A stretch of 64,000 nucleotides of DNA, taken from Amphiscolops sp. MND2022 (taxonomy: Eukaryota). Under the pieces are notes generated by a model. The model ran no database searches. It saw only the letters and a list, made by a program, of their open reading frames with translations, and was not told the origin of the DNA. Position 1 is the first letter of the stretch. Each line of letters begins with the position of its first letter. The stretch lies in the NCBI GenBank assembly GCA_964187785.1, contig OZ076409.1:43402001-43466000 (forward strand), read 5' to 3'. The translations under genes were made by a program, and so were the position numbers. Shown one piece after another: positions 1-11,703 of this stretch.

Positions 1-3000
1 TACAGTCTGGAAAGTGAGGTGCCCATTCCAGGACGTCGATATTTTTGTCTTCCAGAAACTTTAGTGTTGATTGTGAGGTATGAGGTGATGCATTATCATG
101 AATACTTGTTAATGGAACGGTAAATAATTCTCATTGAGAATTCTCTGATAATACTGCGAGTCGACATTCTTTTCACAAAAATGTATTGTTGTTCCTCGAG
201 ATCCAATGCCTGCCCAAACCATAACTCCCGGGCTAAAAACTTTTTTTCCAAACCACTTTTTTTCTTCTTCCAATTGCCAGTACTTTCGACATCCATCAGG
301 TCCATCCAGTAAAAAACGTTTTTCGTCGTTGAATGTGATGTTTTGAAGACACATGATAGATTTTCTACTCTTTCGCCACGTAATTCAGGGCCCACAATTG
401 CCATTTGGACGCCCCAACAATGTTTTTTGAGATCAACTTCTTTGCTTCCGCATGGATCTCCTAATGTCTGGCAATCGCAGAACATTCCGCTGCAGAGCTT
501 GGTCACAGGAGAAAGTGATATCACTTCAAGACGGTCTGTGTTGAAGCAAATGTGCTCAAAGTCGGGATTCATGGGAAAATTGAATTCTGTCAAAAGATTG
601 GGTTGCACCTGGAAGCGAAGGGTATAGTCACGTGTTAGATCGTAGACTTCAGCAATTTCAACATGTTCAGAATCATGGACTAAACCTCCAATTTCAAAAG
701 ACTTTCAGACTAGGTTGATGAAAGAGATCCAATTCCGTTTCGAATATTTGGTCAAAAGAACATGAACGAGAAAGCGTGTAGGTTTTCGTAACAACACATC
801 AGAAGAGACTCTTTGCACAGGCTTGGACGTAATGTCAACAAAACTAGAGCAATCTTCTCCATTTTTGAACCGCATGATTACATTTTTGACTTTCAGCACT
901 GAAAGAGAAAAGTTATTTGAGAGATGCAATCCTCGTTGTTCGCAAAACTGCAGGCATTCGTCAATGTGAGAACGTCTCAGAAGTATTTGATTATGGACAC
1001 CGTCAATCCATTGGTCGGAGAAACTCGAAAAATGATTTCATTCTTGATTTTCATACGGGAAAAGAACATGAAATATAAGATCAATAAAAAGGAGCTCTGG
1101 AGGACGTACTCCAAAAAGAGATTTCATCCCGTACATAAATGCTGTTCACAAAATCTTGTATTAAGAGGTGTTGCTTCCCTGTGAAACCTCGTGTCGTAGC
1201 TGAAGAAAAAATAGAAATGGCGGGTTGCATTCCCGGAACTGGCACTGTTCGAGGAACGTTTGGCGAAAGCTGCTCTATTGAGTTGAAACATGAACAAAAT
1301 TACGAGGAGAGTACACATAGGGAAACTTCCAAACAAACCAGACACATTCAGTTAAGCAAATTGTCTGCGCCTGGACATGCTTTGATTTAAACTCTGTCTA
1401 AAACGTACGTGAAAACGTTTTTGGGCCAGAAAATCTGAATTACAGAGAAATTAGAGAAACGTATATCAACGGAAAGATGCAGTAAAGCAGTCCATATGAT
1501 AGTATTTTCACTGTTCTTGAATGATTTCCTTGCTTTTCTTGGTCAAATTCGATGTTCAGGGCTGTCTAAAACGTATGTGAAAAATTTGGAAAACTTAACA
1601 ATTTTCACGAAAATAAAAACAATAATGTACGAAACTAACTCAATAGGTTCGAGTTGGCCCTCCTCTATTCGCCACTACTTGAATGAGACGTTTTGGAAAG
1701 CTCCTGACTAATTTCTGAATCAGTTCTATCTCCAGATCTTCCCACACTCTTTTTATCGCATTTTGAAGTCTTCTATTGTTCGGTATTCTTTTCCTCCTTC
1801 ATAAATACGCCTTACAATCATCGCCCAAAGTTGTTCAATGGGGTTACAGTCTGGAAAGTGAGGTGCCCATTCCAGGACGTCGATATTTTTGTCTTCCAGA
1901 AACTTTAGTGTTGATTGTGAGGTATGAGGTGATGCATTATCATGAATACTTGTTAATGGAACGGTAAATAATTCTCATTGAGAATTCTCTGATAATACTG
2001 CGAGTCGACATTCTTTTCACAAAAATGTATTGTTGTTCCTCGAGATCCAATGCCTGCCCAAACCATAACTCCCGGGCTAAAAACTTTTTTTCCAAACCAC
2101 TTTTTTTCTTCTTCCAATTGCCAGTACTTTCGACATCCATCAGGTCCATCCAGTAAAAAACGTTTTTCGTCGTTGAATGTGATGTTTTGAAGACACATGA
2201 TAGATTGTCTACTCTTTCGCCACGTAATTCAGGGCCCACAATTGCCATTTGGACGCCCCAACAATGTTTTTTGAGATCAACTTCTTTGCATCCGCATGGA
2301 TCTCCTAATGTCTGGCAATCGCAGAACATTCCGCTGCAGAGCTTGGTCACAGGAGAAAGTGATATCACTTCAAGACGGTCTGTGTTGAAGCAAATGTGCT
2401 CAAAGTCGGGATTCATGGGAAAATTGAATTCTGTCAAAAGATTGGGTTGCACCTGGAAGCGAAGGGTATAGTCACGTGTTAGATCGTAGACTTCAGCAAT
2501 TTCAACATGTTCAGAATCATGGACTAAACCTCCAATTTCAAAAGACTTTCAGACTAGGTTGATGAAAGAGATCCAATTCCGTTTCGAATATTTGGTCAAA
2601 AGAACATGAACGAGAAAGCGTGTAGGTTTTCGTAACAACACATCAGAAGAGACTATTTGCACAGGCTTGGACGTAATGTCAACAAAACTAGAGCAATCTT
2701 CTCCATTTTTGAACCGCATGATTACATTTTTGACTTTCAGCACTGAAAGAGAAAAGTTATTTGAGAGATGCAATCCTCGTTGTTCGCAAAACTGCAGGCA
2801 TTCGTCAATGTGAGAACGTCTCAGAAGTATTTGATTATGGACACCGTCAATCCATTGGTCGGAGAAACTCGAAAAATGATTTCATTCTTGATTTTCATAC
2901 GGGAAAAGAACATGAAATATAAGATCAATAAAAAGGAGCTCTGGAGGACGTACTCCAAAAAGAGATTTCATCCCGTACATAAATGCTGTTCACAAAATCT

Positions 3001-4035
3001 TGTATTAAGAGGTGTTGCTTCCCTGTGAAACCTCGTGTCGTAGCTGAAGAAAAAATAGAAATGGCGGGTTGCATTCCCGGAACTGGCACTGTTCGAGGAA
3101 CGTTTGGCGAAAGCTGCTCTATTGAGTTGAAACATGAACAAAATTACGAGGAGAGTACACATAGGGAAACTTCCAAACAAACCAGACACATTCAGTTAAG
3201 CAAATTGTCTGCGCCTGGACATGCTTTGATTTAAACTCTGTCTAAAACGTACGTGAAAACACGTTTTTGGGCCAGAAAATCTGAATTACAGAGAAATTAG
3301 AGAAACGTATATCAACGGAAAGATACAGTAAAGCAGTCCATATGATAGTATTTTCACTGTTCTTGAATGATTTCCTTGCTTTTCTTGGTCAAATTCGATG
3401 TTCAGGGCTGTCTAAAACGTATGTGAAAAATTTGGAAAACTTAACAATTTTCACGAAAATAAAAACAATAATGTACGAAACTAACTCAATAGGTTCGAGT
3501 TGGTCCTCTTCTATTCGCCACTACTTGAATGAGACGTTTTGGAATGCTCCTGACTAATTTCTGAATCAGTTCTATCTCCAGATCTTCCCACACTCTTTTT
3601 ATCGCATTTTTCAAGTCTTCTATTGTTCGGTATTCTTTTCCTCCTTCATAAATACGCCTTACAATCATCGCCCAAAGTTGTTCAATGGGGTTACAGTCTG
3701 GAAAGTGAGGTGCCCATTCCAGGACGTCGATGTTTTTGTCTTCCAGAAACTTTAGTGTTGATTGTGAGGTATGAGGTGATGCATTATCATGAATACTTGT
3801 TAATGGAACGGTAAATAATTCTCATTGAGAATTCTCTGATAATACTGCGAGTCGACATTCTTTTCACAAAAATGTATTGTTGTTCCTCGAGATCCAATGC
3901 CTGCCCAAACCATAACTCCCGGGATAAAAACTTTTTTTCCAAACCACTTTTTTTCTTCTTCCAATTGCCAGTACTTTCGACATCCATCAGGTCCATCCAG
4001 TAAAAAACGTTTTTCGTCGGTGAATGTGATGTTTT
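1..4035. repeat. Tandem array of a ~1844-bp chimeric unit (3' part of the Tc1 element plus a Helitron-like coding fragment), at least 2.2 copies, running off the left edge
   Basis: Near-identical ORFs recur at 96/1940/3787, 924/2768 and 1496/3342 (offset 1844-1847). The unit junction 'tgaatgtgatgtttt|gaagacacatg' occurs at ~344 and ~2188. Confidence 0.95.
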
Positions 4036-4837
4036 CGATATTAATTTGTCCAGCTGTGATTTGTTCGAGAACATTTTTTGACCATTCCGCTTTTCTTTTT
4101 TGATTTGCATCTGTTTGTGATGGTTGTTTCTTTGGGGAAGTGTATTTATAGCCTTCGTTTTTCAGAAAATTCCTCAATGTCTTTTTCTGCAGCTACGTGT
4201 AGCTGTGTGACTATTTTTGTAGGAAAACATGGCTTTCTTCACTCATGTGTCGTACTAAATGTCTTTTCATTGATTCTGATAATTTTTTGGCGGGTCCACC
4301 TCCGTGTCTGTAATCACCATCTCTCTTTGAACAATTGTTAACGCAGTTATATGTCCTTTTCAATTGTTTCGATATTTCGGTCACGGTCTTTCCTGAATCT
4401 CTCATCCCAATCATTCGCCCTTTTTCGATGTCAGTTAGTAAGGTTCCTCTCTACGGCATTCTTGATAATCTTGATTAATCTTGATATTCTTGATTAATCT
4501 TGAATAAAATACTCTTGATTTTTTGATGATCCCGAAGATTTTGATTGAATAAAGTTCTCTGAAAATAAAAACTTGGTTGGATTTAGAGTAGTTGAGTCGG
4601 ATTTCACGTTGAACGTTTTTTTTTCACATACGTCATACGTTTTAGACATAATTTTCATGACCGGAAGTTGAAAACTCTGAAACCGGAAGTCACATCAAAG
4701 TTTCTTTGGTGAAAACAATTAGAACATATAGCTCGTCTAACATCGTTTAAAATCTACTTAGATCATTTTTTCTGGTTTTCAATCTAAGTGAAAATAAAAG
4801 ATTGTTTCGATTTTTCACATACGTTTTAGACAGAGTT
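3234..4837 (-). mobile_element. Tc1/mariner DNA transposon (Tc3-like, DD34E), IR/DR-type ends, TA TSD
   Basis: 26-bp TIRs AACTCTGTCTAAAACGTAYGTGAAAA at 3234 and ending at 4837, flanked by TA (3232-33, 4838-39). Inner repeats of the TIR motif at ~3408-3430 and ~4621-4648. Confidence 0.92.
3486..4459 (-). pseudogene. Tc1-family transposase, disrupted by stops and frameshifts
   Basis: Motifs FTDEKRFLLDGPDG, VMVWAGI and HDNASPH...WAPHFPDCNPIEQLW, with 34 residues between the second D and E. N-terminal HTH fragment at 4211-4414. Confidence 0.9.
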
Positions 4838-4874
4838 TATCTACACAGTTGTTCCTATTTAATCTAACACCGGT

Positions 4875-5115
4875 AATTTTGATGTTTTCCATTTCCGATA
4901 CATCTACACCGATTTCGTTATGAACTGAAGCGGATGATAATTTCACGAAGGCTCGTTCATCAACGCTTGCAGCTTACTTTGCAATGTATCCTGCGCATAA
5001 GATACATTGCAAAGTAAGCTGCAAACGTTGATGAACGAGCCTTCGTGAAGTGATCCTCCGCTTCAGCTGAACGAAATCCGTGTAGAGGTATCGGTAATGG
5101 ATAACATCAATTCCG
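4875..5115. repeat. Imperfect inverted repeat (foldback), ~115-bp arms, 10-nt loop at 4991-5000
   Basis: 4941-4990 is the reverse complement of 5001-5050 with 2 mismatches. Similarity continues outward with more mismatches and small indels. Confidence 0.9.
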
Positions 5116-7226
5116 TTATCTATCAACAAATTGTTAAAAAATATTGAAGGCGGCGAGTAGATTTCTGTCAAAAGATTGGGTTGCACCTGGAAGGGTACAT
5201 AATGAAGCGAATAGTATAGATCACTCATTTGAATGTTCATGCTCGAAGAAGGCATCAAAAAATTTGAGCATTTAAAGGGACAAATGCTCTCCTGAGTCTG
5301 CTGGATAGAGAAAGTCGCCACCTCTTAACTCAGGACAGACATCATAACCATTTTCAACACCAGAACGATCAGTTGCTAAACTCAATTTCTGCAGAAGCTT
5401 GAAAGCCTCAGCGGTATGCTTTGGTCTAACTTCTCGATACGAGCATGTATGGGATGTCGGATATGAAGGGACTCGACATATCGACTTGCCGTCGGCACTA
5501 ATTTTCTTGTGGCATCTGTTGTTGGCCCTCTCACAAGCATGTGTTTGGATTTTCATAGCTTTTTCGCAGTAGTGGTTCATTTCTTCCAGAGAATCGAGAA
5601 ACTTGTGCTGTGACAAAAACTGTTGAAAGTCATTTCGTATAGCTTTTTTGAGAGCAAACTACTCTTCTTTGAACAAAGAAGTCAGAATTGGCGTCGGCAG
5701 TCCAGATGACAGCGTGAATGTGTGGTAAATTACCAGCTGATGTTTGGAATTCAAACCTGTACCATAATTTTATAGCTGCAAAGGTTGTTCCGGAGAATTC
5801 TCGATATATTCCATGAGTGCTGTTGCCGCGCGCTGCCAAGCCCGTGTGAGAATAACCATTTCAGCTTCAACAGCGGCCAACCATTGTTCTTTAGATGAAT
5901 TTATATGGGTATGCCTCAGAGAATCATAAATAGGGGCTACACCGTGAGGGTAAGAAATTAGGTCGGTTGTTGAGAGGCAATCGTTACAGCTCAGTCATTA
6001 ACATTTCGTCTAGAATCCGCCTGATCAAAAGGCATGATTGAACTCCTCAGGGGTATTTGTTTTGATTGATGTGGTATCTCCTCCAAACCTCTGTGTAAAA
6101 TAAGCGATGTATGCTGAAATGACAAATAATAATTAAAAATCACATCGAACAACCACTGGATGTAATTTGGCTCAGTTGAAGACTGAGGTGTAGTGTCCTT
6201 CCATTGTGTTTTCAAATGATCGACTTCCCTAGCAAAACCTTAGCTTTTGTTCCTTTCCTGGGAAAATAACTGTTGCAAAGGGAACCAGGGAAACGTCCAT
6301 CTTCGAAGCTTTTGTAAAAGATAGTTGAAAAAAGCAAGGCTTCAAAATACAAAAGTGGGACACTGTTTCCAGTGGAGGTCGCGAAAATTTTTTGAAGTAA
6401 ACGAGAGCATCCATCCTTAGCAGATATGTTTGATCTGACACGCTGCAGCAAATGACAATCGGCATTTAAGAGCAGATGAACCGTAATTGTCTTACAAAAC
6501 CTGTTGCAATTGAAAACAGGGACAGTTGAGCAGTTAATAAGGTCAGGAATTTCCGAAGATGATTCTGGCTCGCCATTAACAGTGAAGTTCAGTAACTGAT
6601 CGTTGTTAACGTGCAACATGAGTTCATCTTGTGGGTGCGAATTATGTTGTGCGTCGTGTTCCACGGCGTCCTGAGACGTTTCCACAACTCGGGCAATTTC
6701 TTCAGCAGCACAGTTTTCTGAGTCACTCGGAATTTCGCAATGATCAGTTTCCTTTGCGTAATCATCATCATTCTGCCAATCTGAAACGATGGGTTGTGGC
6801 TGAACGTTTGCTTCGTGTTTGGGGCTTAGATCAACTATGGAACAGTTCTCAGACAGTACGTTTTTCAAATGTTGTGTACGGACACCAATGAATTAAGAGT
6901 TTTCGGGACATTTGATTTTGGCAACGTGATTGCAGTGCAGGTCTTCAAGGAACAGATGAGTCCACTTTCTCGCGGATTTTTAATCAAGAAAAACTTGTGT
7001 GTTGAACAACGGAAAGTTGTCTGTCCACCAAGGTAGTTCGAATAATCAAGCCGATGTTTCTGAAATTTATTTTCAGACAGAATATAAACACCCAAATTCC
7101 AACTGATCGCCATTTCATTGAAATCATCAACACTAGCTTTTCCTAGAAATGAAAAATTTCCTCTGTACGACCACCATCCTCTGTATTCATTGACATGACG
7201 AGTGAGCAGTTTCGGTTCGACACAAT

Positions 7227-7404
7227 TAGTCGAACTCGGATAAAAGAAATACGGATAAAAGAAACATTCGGATGTAAGAAACGTTTTCACTCCTCCGATT
7301 TTATGCAAGTCAACTTTCTTCGTTAATAGGACAACTGATAAAAGAAACTATGGATAAAACAAACCCTTTTCTCATTGCCCATTTCTTTTATCCGAGTTTG
7401 ACTG
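7227..7404. mobile_element. Small MITE with CAGTC-type TIRs (pogo/Tigger-like)
   Basis: Left end tagtcgaactcggataaaagaaat; right end atttcttttatccgagtttgactg followed by TA. Internal ggataaaa repeats. Confidence 0.65.
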
Positions 7405-7510
7405 TAGTTTTTTGCACATGACGAAGTCAATGTGCATTGCAGTCCAGCTAAGAAAGTTTTTTTTCCACAATAGCCAACTTCATACTAAGCACCTTTTAGA
7501 GAAAAGCCAA

Positions 7511-7582
7511 AACCCCAGAGAGATTCGAACCTGCAGCCTCCCGATTGCGCGGCATAAGTGTTAACCACTGGGCCATAAGGAC
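7511..7582 (-). pseudogene. Degenerate tRNA-derived sequence (tRNA pseudogene or SINE head)
   Basis: Minus strand shows A-box TGGCCCAGTGG and B-box GGTTCGAATC at tRNA-like spacing. The stems pair poorly. Confidence 0.5.
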
Positions 7583-8371
7583 GTTATTGAATAAAGTTGA
7601 ACTGTTGAATATATACGCATGCGATTAAAATAATATATATACGCATATTAAAATAATCGTTGTCTTCGTCATGTGTTGCGAAGCACCGCTTCGCCTCTGT
7701 GTTAAACAATTTAAAGCTTGTAGCGTCGACCACTGACAGTCAGATAATCGGGAGGGGCATTGGAATTGCGATCGTTTCGCGCATTGGTAGTGAATGCCAA
7801 CGACAGATTGAGATGTTTGACTACTTCCAATCCAAGAAAACAAATTCCGACTGCAGCATCGAATCGTTTCGTAATCGACGGAACATTTCTGAAGGAGACA
7901 ACTTGATCTCTCATGAACGTTATTTTCTACAGTATTGAGAAACGACTGAAGTGTAACTAAATGATACTGTACTCGGGAATCTCCAGAACTCCAGACAATG
8001 CATGAGACAGATTGTTTCCTTACACTGCTTGTTCAAATTCTAACACAAAACTGGTGAACACGCAAGAGCCGAAACAGCACACCAAATCGGAACACAAACT
8101 GTGCTTTTCATGTTCAAATCATGAGGGAAAGCGCCATGAGCGTCGGGAGGAAGAGCAAAAGTAGCGTTTTATGAATAATGATGCGTACAACGCTCGGTGT
8201 GAAACTTCAGAAGTATTGAGTCTTAATGGATAGTTGTTGATCTGGAAAGACTCTTCTTGATTAGGTTATCACTCGCAACAGGGAAGAGGTTAGAACGCCT
8301 TTTAGGAAATAGTTGAATCCAACGTAGCCAACGTAACGGTCATCACGAAAAGTCGTGCATCCCATTGGAAA

Positions 8372-8819
8372 GGGAAATGGACGATTGAGTCCCAAATGCA
8401 AAAAGCGACAATTGAGTCCCAAAACAAATTGAGTCCCAAAATAAATTAAATTTAGGGGGTCGACAATTGAGTCCCGCGACAATTGAGTCCCAAATAATTC
8501 AGAAATGAAATATTATTATAACGTAGTCAGATATGTTCACATACCCCTAGTGCCCTAAATGCAGGAGCGAAGCGAAGCGGAGCGACGTGCCATATGACCA
8601 TGCCTCAATGTTGCTACTTGGCGAAGGGAGCGAAGCGACCGAGCCATACAACAAATATGCAACCTTTTCAATTGTCGCTATTTACATTTTTGACTCAACT
8701 GTCGGCATTTGGTAAGTTCGTCAAAGTAATTTGTTTGGGACTCAATCGTCGCGGGACTCAATTGACGCTTTTTGCATTTGGGACTCAATTTGTATTGGGA
8801 CTCAATCGTTGCCTCACCC
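8372..8819. mobile_element. Non-autonomous DNA transposon (GG...CC ends, 8-9 bp TSD, Merlin/MULE-like) with ATTGAGTCCC subterminal repeats
   Basis: TSD ATTGGAAA at 8364-8371 and 8820-8827. Arrays of attgagtccc on the left and gggactcaat on the right. Excision rejoins the flanking minus-strand frame DVRFPM|GCTTFRDD. Confidence 0.85.
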
Positions 8820-9640
8820 ATTGGAAAACGTACATCGGGAGAGGCCGTATCATTTAGAACTTCAATTAATCTTTCCCCGAATTTATTTTCCTTGGCTTCA
8901 TTAACTTCCGAAATATCGAGTTCGATGTCACGAAAATGAGATACAGCGTTCAAATTAGGCGATAAGTGTTGCCACTGAGTTTTGAGGGTCTCCGGAATAA
9001 AATCCCACAAATTCACTTAGCATGAGTCACCAACTTCCAATTCACCACACTGCAATGACAGCAAAATGAGGGCCGAACGATTGACCAAATATTGGGATGA
9101 CTATTGCGACTGACATAAGCAAGACCGTAGTCACGCAACTGTACATCAACATAACGTAAACTCATGCCCCATTTTCTTTGAATAATTGAACCTTTTGATT
9201 CTTTGAATAATTTGAATAAATTCTTTGAATAAGGAAGTCAGTTCTTTGACTCCCATTGGTTGTTATGAAGTCCGAGGACACAAAGTCCTCAGAACCAGTG
9301 ACGTTGGGAAAAGCATTTGCAGAGTTCAAAGAATTCGATTCTTCAATAAAGAAACCTGCAGTGTCGAAAATTCCATTCTCATAAGGACAATCATGATTGA
9401 CATCAACGTTGGCTAAAGATTCAGTTAGGAAAACATCGTTACCTTCAAAGTCATCTGCAACACAGTTTCTGCATATTGTCTAAGTTATAGCATTCCTGTT
9501 CCCACAAAGCTCGCAAAATGTATTGCGATTTGTGCAACGTTCTGAGTGACGGGACAATTGACCACATCGTTGGCAGTTTTGTAGGCATTTTTCGGAGGCA
9601 TTTCTGAATGTGAAAATGAACTGGCAAATATATAGAAGTT

Positions 9641-9880
9641 AGTAGTAATAGCAGGGGGGGTTTAATGATGTTTTGGGCTCCCAACCGAAATTATTCTAAG
9701 TCAGAAACCTATCTCACTTTTAGGGCTCCCAACCGAAATTATTCTAAGACAGAAACCTATCTCACTTTTAGGGCTCCCGACCAAAATTATTCTAAGTCAG
9801 AAAGGTTAAAGTTCATTTTAACCATACCGAGCGAAATGTATGCCAATTGTCATGAATGTTTACTAATGCAAACTAATGAT
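9641..9880 (+). repeat. Polinton left TIR with internal 48-bp tandem repeats
   Basis: Reverse complement of 23711-23950 (4 mismatches seen). gggctccc unit starts at 9675, 9723 and 9771. Confidence 0.97.
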
Positions 9881-10185
9881 ATTAAACTATCGAGCAGACC
9901 GACTTATATGTATTTGAAACTTGAATTGAAAGAAATAGCTTCTTATTCATGCATTAATGCAGTGCAAAGAAATTCACTATAAAATTCTAACCTTTCGTCC
10001 TCTGACAGCAGCAGCAATGGGAATATAAATAAATTTCCGAAAATGAGACATTGATATATTTAGAAGATAATTCTGATTCCCGAAACTGAAAAAAAAACAG
10101 GGCCGGCAGTATCTAGATATCACAAACCTAGAAACTGTGCTTTCTACATGGAACTTTCCATTGGCATCTTCCAAAGGAATTTTCC

Positions 10186-11115
10186 ATGTTTACCGTTGAT
10201 GATACGTGTGATAAGAAAAATCGTCATTATAACTTGAAATCGTCTCCGGAACAGTTAACAAGCCTTACCACTAGGCGCGAAATGACTTCAGTGTTTCGCG
10301 AAATACCGAGTAATTATTGGCTGCTCTTGTTTTCAACGGAAGAATCCCAAATCTACAGTGATGTCTACGAGAAGGACAGCAACTCAAAATCATCAAGTCT
10401 TTCCAAATTGCTGGAAACACTCTCCAATTCTCACAAATGCCAATTCATTGGAAGAGTTCATACTAAAGAGGACTCCACTAATGGATCGCTGGACGAGTTT
10501 TGTGAAGCCATGCCTACAAATCATCATCATGTTCTCTTGTACCTCCCACAATCAACTAACGCAGAAACAATGTTGAAACAAACCATTTCACAAGTTTTGT
10601 CCAATGAACAATGGGCAAAGGTACGACTTCTCACAGTTTCGTATCCAGAAAACTTTCTGAAAACAGAGACGTCAACTTTTTGTCATAGATCTCTCATTGT
10701 AGAAGGGGAGAGAATGAAGAGTCTAATGACTCGGAAAACAACTGAAAGTTTGGGTTGTAGTTTCAACTGCGTTTGGGAACTTAACAGACACAATTCCTTG
10801 GGTGACTGTCCCGATAATGAAAATGCTTTATACATTTTCCAAAAGCTCGTGGAACTTGAAAAAAGTGATGCGCCTTTCAAGGATACTGTGATATCTTATA
10901 TTGAACTTTTACAACGAGGTATCGGACGACTTTTTCTATCAGAGCACAGTAGAATATTGGATATTGATCTGGGAGTCTCAAATGCTCAATGCATGTGCTT
11001 TGAATGTCTGAACCAACCTTTGCAACTCGACGAAGCTATCGACAACACATCATCAAGCTCTCAACTGTTTTCCCCTTATAATGAAGACACCATAATCGAT
11101 ACTTCATTTCTGTAA
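10186..11115 (+). CDS. Polinton ORF1, 309 aa, unknown function; possible HUH-fold (Rep-like) domain
   Basis: Intact ATG ORF inside the element. Motif pattern YWLLLFSTE ... GRVHTKED ... NHHHVLLYL and a C-terminal CxCxxC. Confidence 0.75.
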   Translation: MFTVDDTCDKKNRHYNLKSSPEQLTSLTTRREMTSVFREIPSNYWLLLFSTEESQIYSDVYEKDSNSKSSSLSKLLETLSNSHKCQFIGRVHTKEDSTNGSLDEFCEAMPTNHHHVLLYLPQSTNAETMLKQTISQVLSNEQWAKVRLLTVSYPENFLKTETSTFCHRSLIVEGERMKSLMTRKTTESLGCSFNCVWELNRHNSLGDCPDNENALYIFQKLVELEKSDAPFKDTVISYIELLQRGIGRLFLSEHSRILDIDLGVSNAQCMCFECLNQPLQLDEAIDNTSSSSQLFSPYNEDTIIDTSFL

Positions 11116-11210
11116 AATTTCAATTTGGAAACAGTTGGCTTGTTTTATAATTAATTTCAATTTGAAAACAGTTGGCTTGTTTTACAATTCAAACTTTCAG
11201 AGAAACTGTA

Positions 11211-11618
11211 ATGTTTTCTGCGAGACAAATTTGTGAAAATTTTGTGGCGGTTAACTACTGCTTTCCTAAAAACAGCACCACCAAAAACGCTTTCTTAGCA
11301 GTTTGTCGTTATATAGACGAGAATGTTGATTTGAGGGAAGTTAACCTTAAAGCACCTTTCGGAGGCAAGATAGGGCCAGGCGATAGTAAGTTGGATAATT
11401 ATCTAAAGTTTTCAAAAATTTTGAGGATGCATGCAATTTTCCATGATGCTTATGGGTACATACGCAGCTTCGAGGAAATTGGCCCAGGTTACGTCTACAC
11501 TCTCACAAAGGCTCAGTCTTTCCACAACAATATGCTACTAGGACATTTCTCAGGAATATCATATTGGTTATTCGTCAAATTGTTCCATCGAGAGCATTTC
11601 GATGCTTTTCCATTTTAA
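11211..11618 (+). CDS. Parvovirus-type phospholipase A2-like protein (PLA2X-like)
   Basis: GKIGPGDS resembles the YxGPG Ca-binding loop and is followed by HAIFHDAY (HD dyad). First ATG at 11211. Confidence 0.65.
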   Translation: MFSARQICENFVAVNYCFPKNSTTKNAFLAVCRYIDENVDLREVNLKAPFGGKIGPGDSKLDNYLKFSKILRMHAIFHDAYGYIRSFEEIGPGYVYTLTKAQSFHNNMLLGHFSGISYWLFVKLFHREHFDAFPF

Positions 11619-11703
11619 CAATCATTTGTACTTTGAATATTATTCCGTTCAGTTGCATCCTGAAGTGGAGATATATCAATTTGATTCAAAACTACGCTAG
11701 GTT

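Larger units (their letters stand above)
2188..9603 (-). pseudogene. Decayed Helitron-like RepHel gene (Rep domain plus long N-terminal region), interrupted by Tc1 and MITEs
   Basis: HUH motif 2 WYRFEFQTSAGNLPHIHAVIW (5630-5839), QTHAC..C and motif 3 GYIAK*AA (~4975). Removing Tc1 and one TA restores the frame ...NCVDKSKHVQAQTICLTECVWFVWKFPYVYSPRNFVHVST, typical of the post-Rep region. Cys-rich N-terminal fragments extend to ~9600. Assignment of the N-terminal part is tentative. Confidence 0.7.

Noticed and set aside
7511..7582. Functional tRNA gene
   Set aside because: A and B boxes are present, but the D, anticodon and T stems do not pair properly.
8372..8819. Short ATTGAGTCCC repeats resembling a CRISPR array
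   Set aside because: The repeats are ~10 bp, irregularly spaced, inverted between the two ends and bounded by a TSD. These are MITE subterminal repeats, and no cas genes are present.
9665..9982. ORF with repeated RAPNRNYSK peptide (mirror ORF at 23696-23926)
   Set aside because: By-product of the 48-bp (multiple of 3) repeats inside the TIRs.
11116..11190. 37-bp tandem duplication between Polinton ORF1 and the PLA2-like gene
   Set aside because: Two copies only; probably replication slippage, with no evidence of function.
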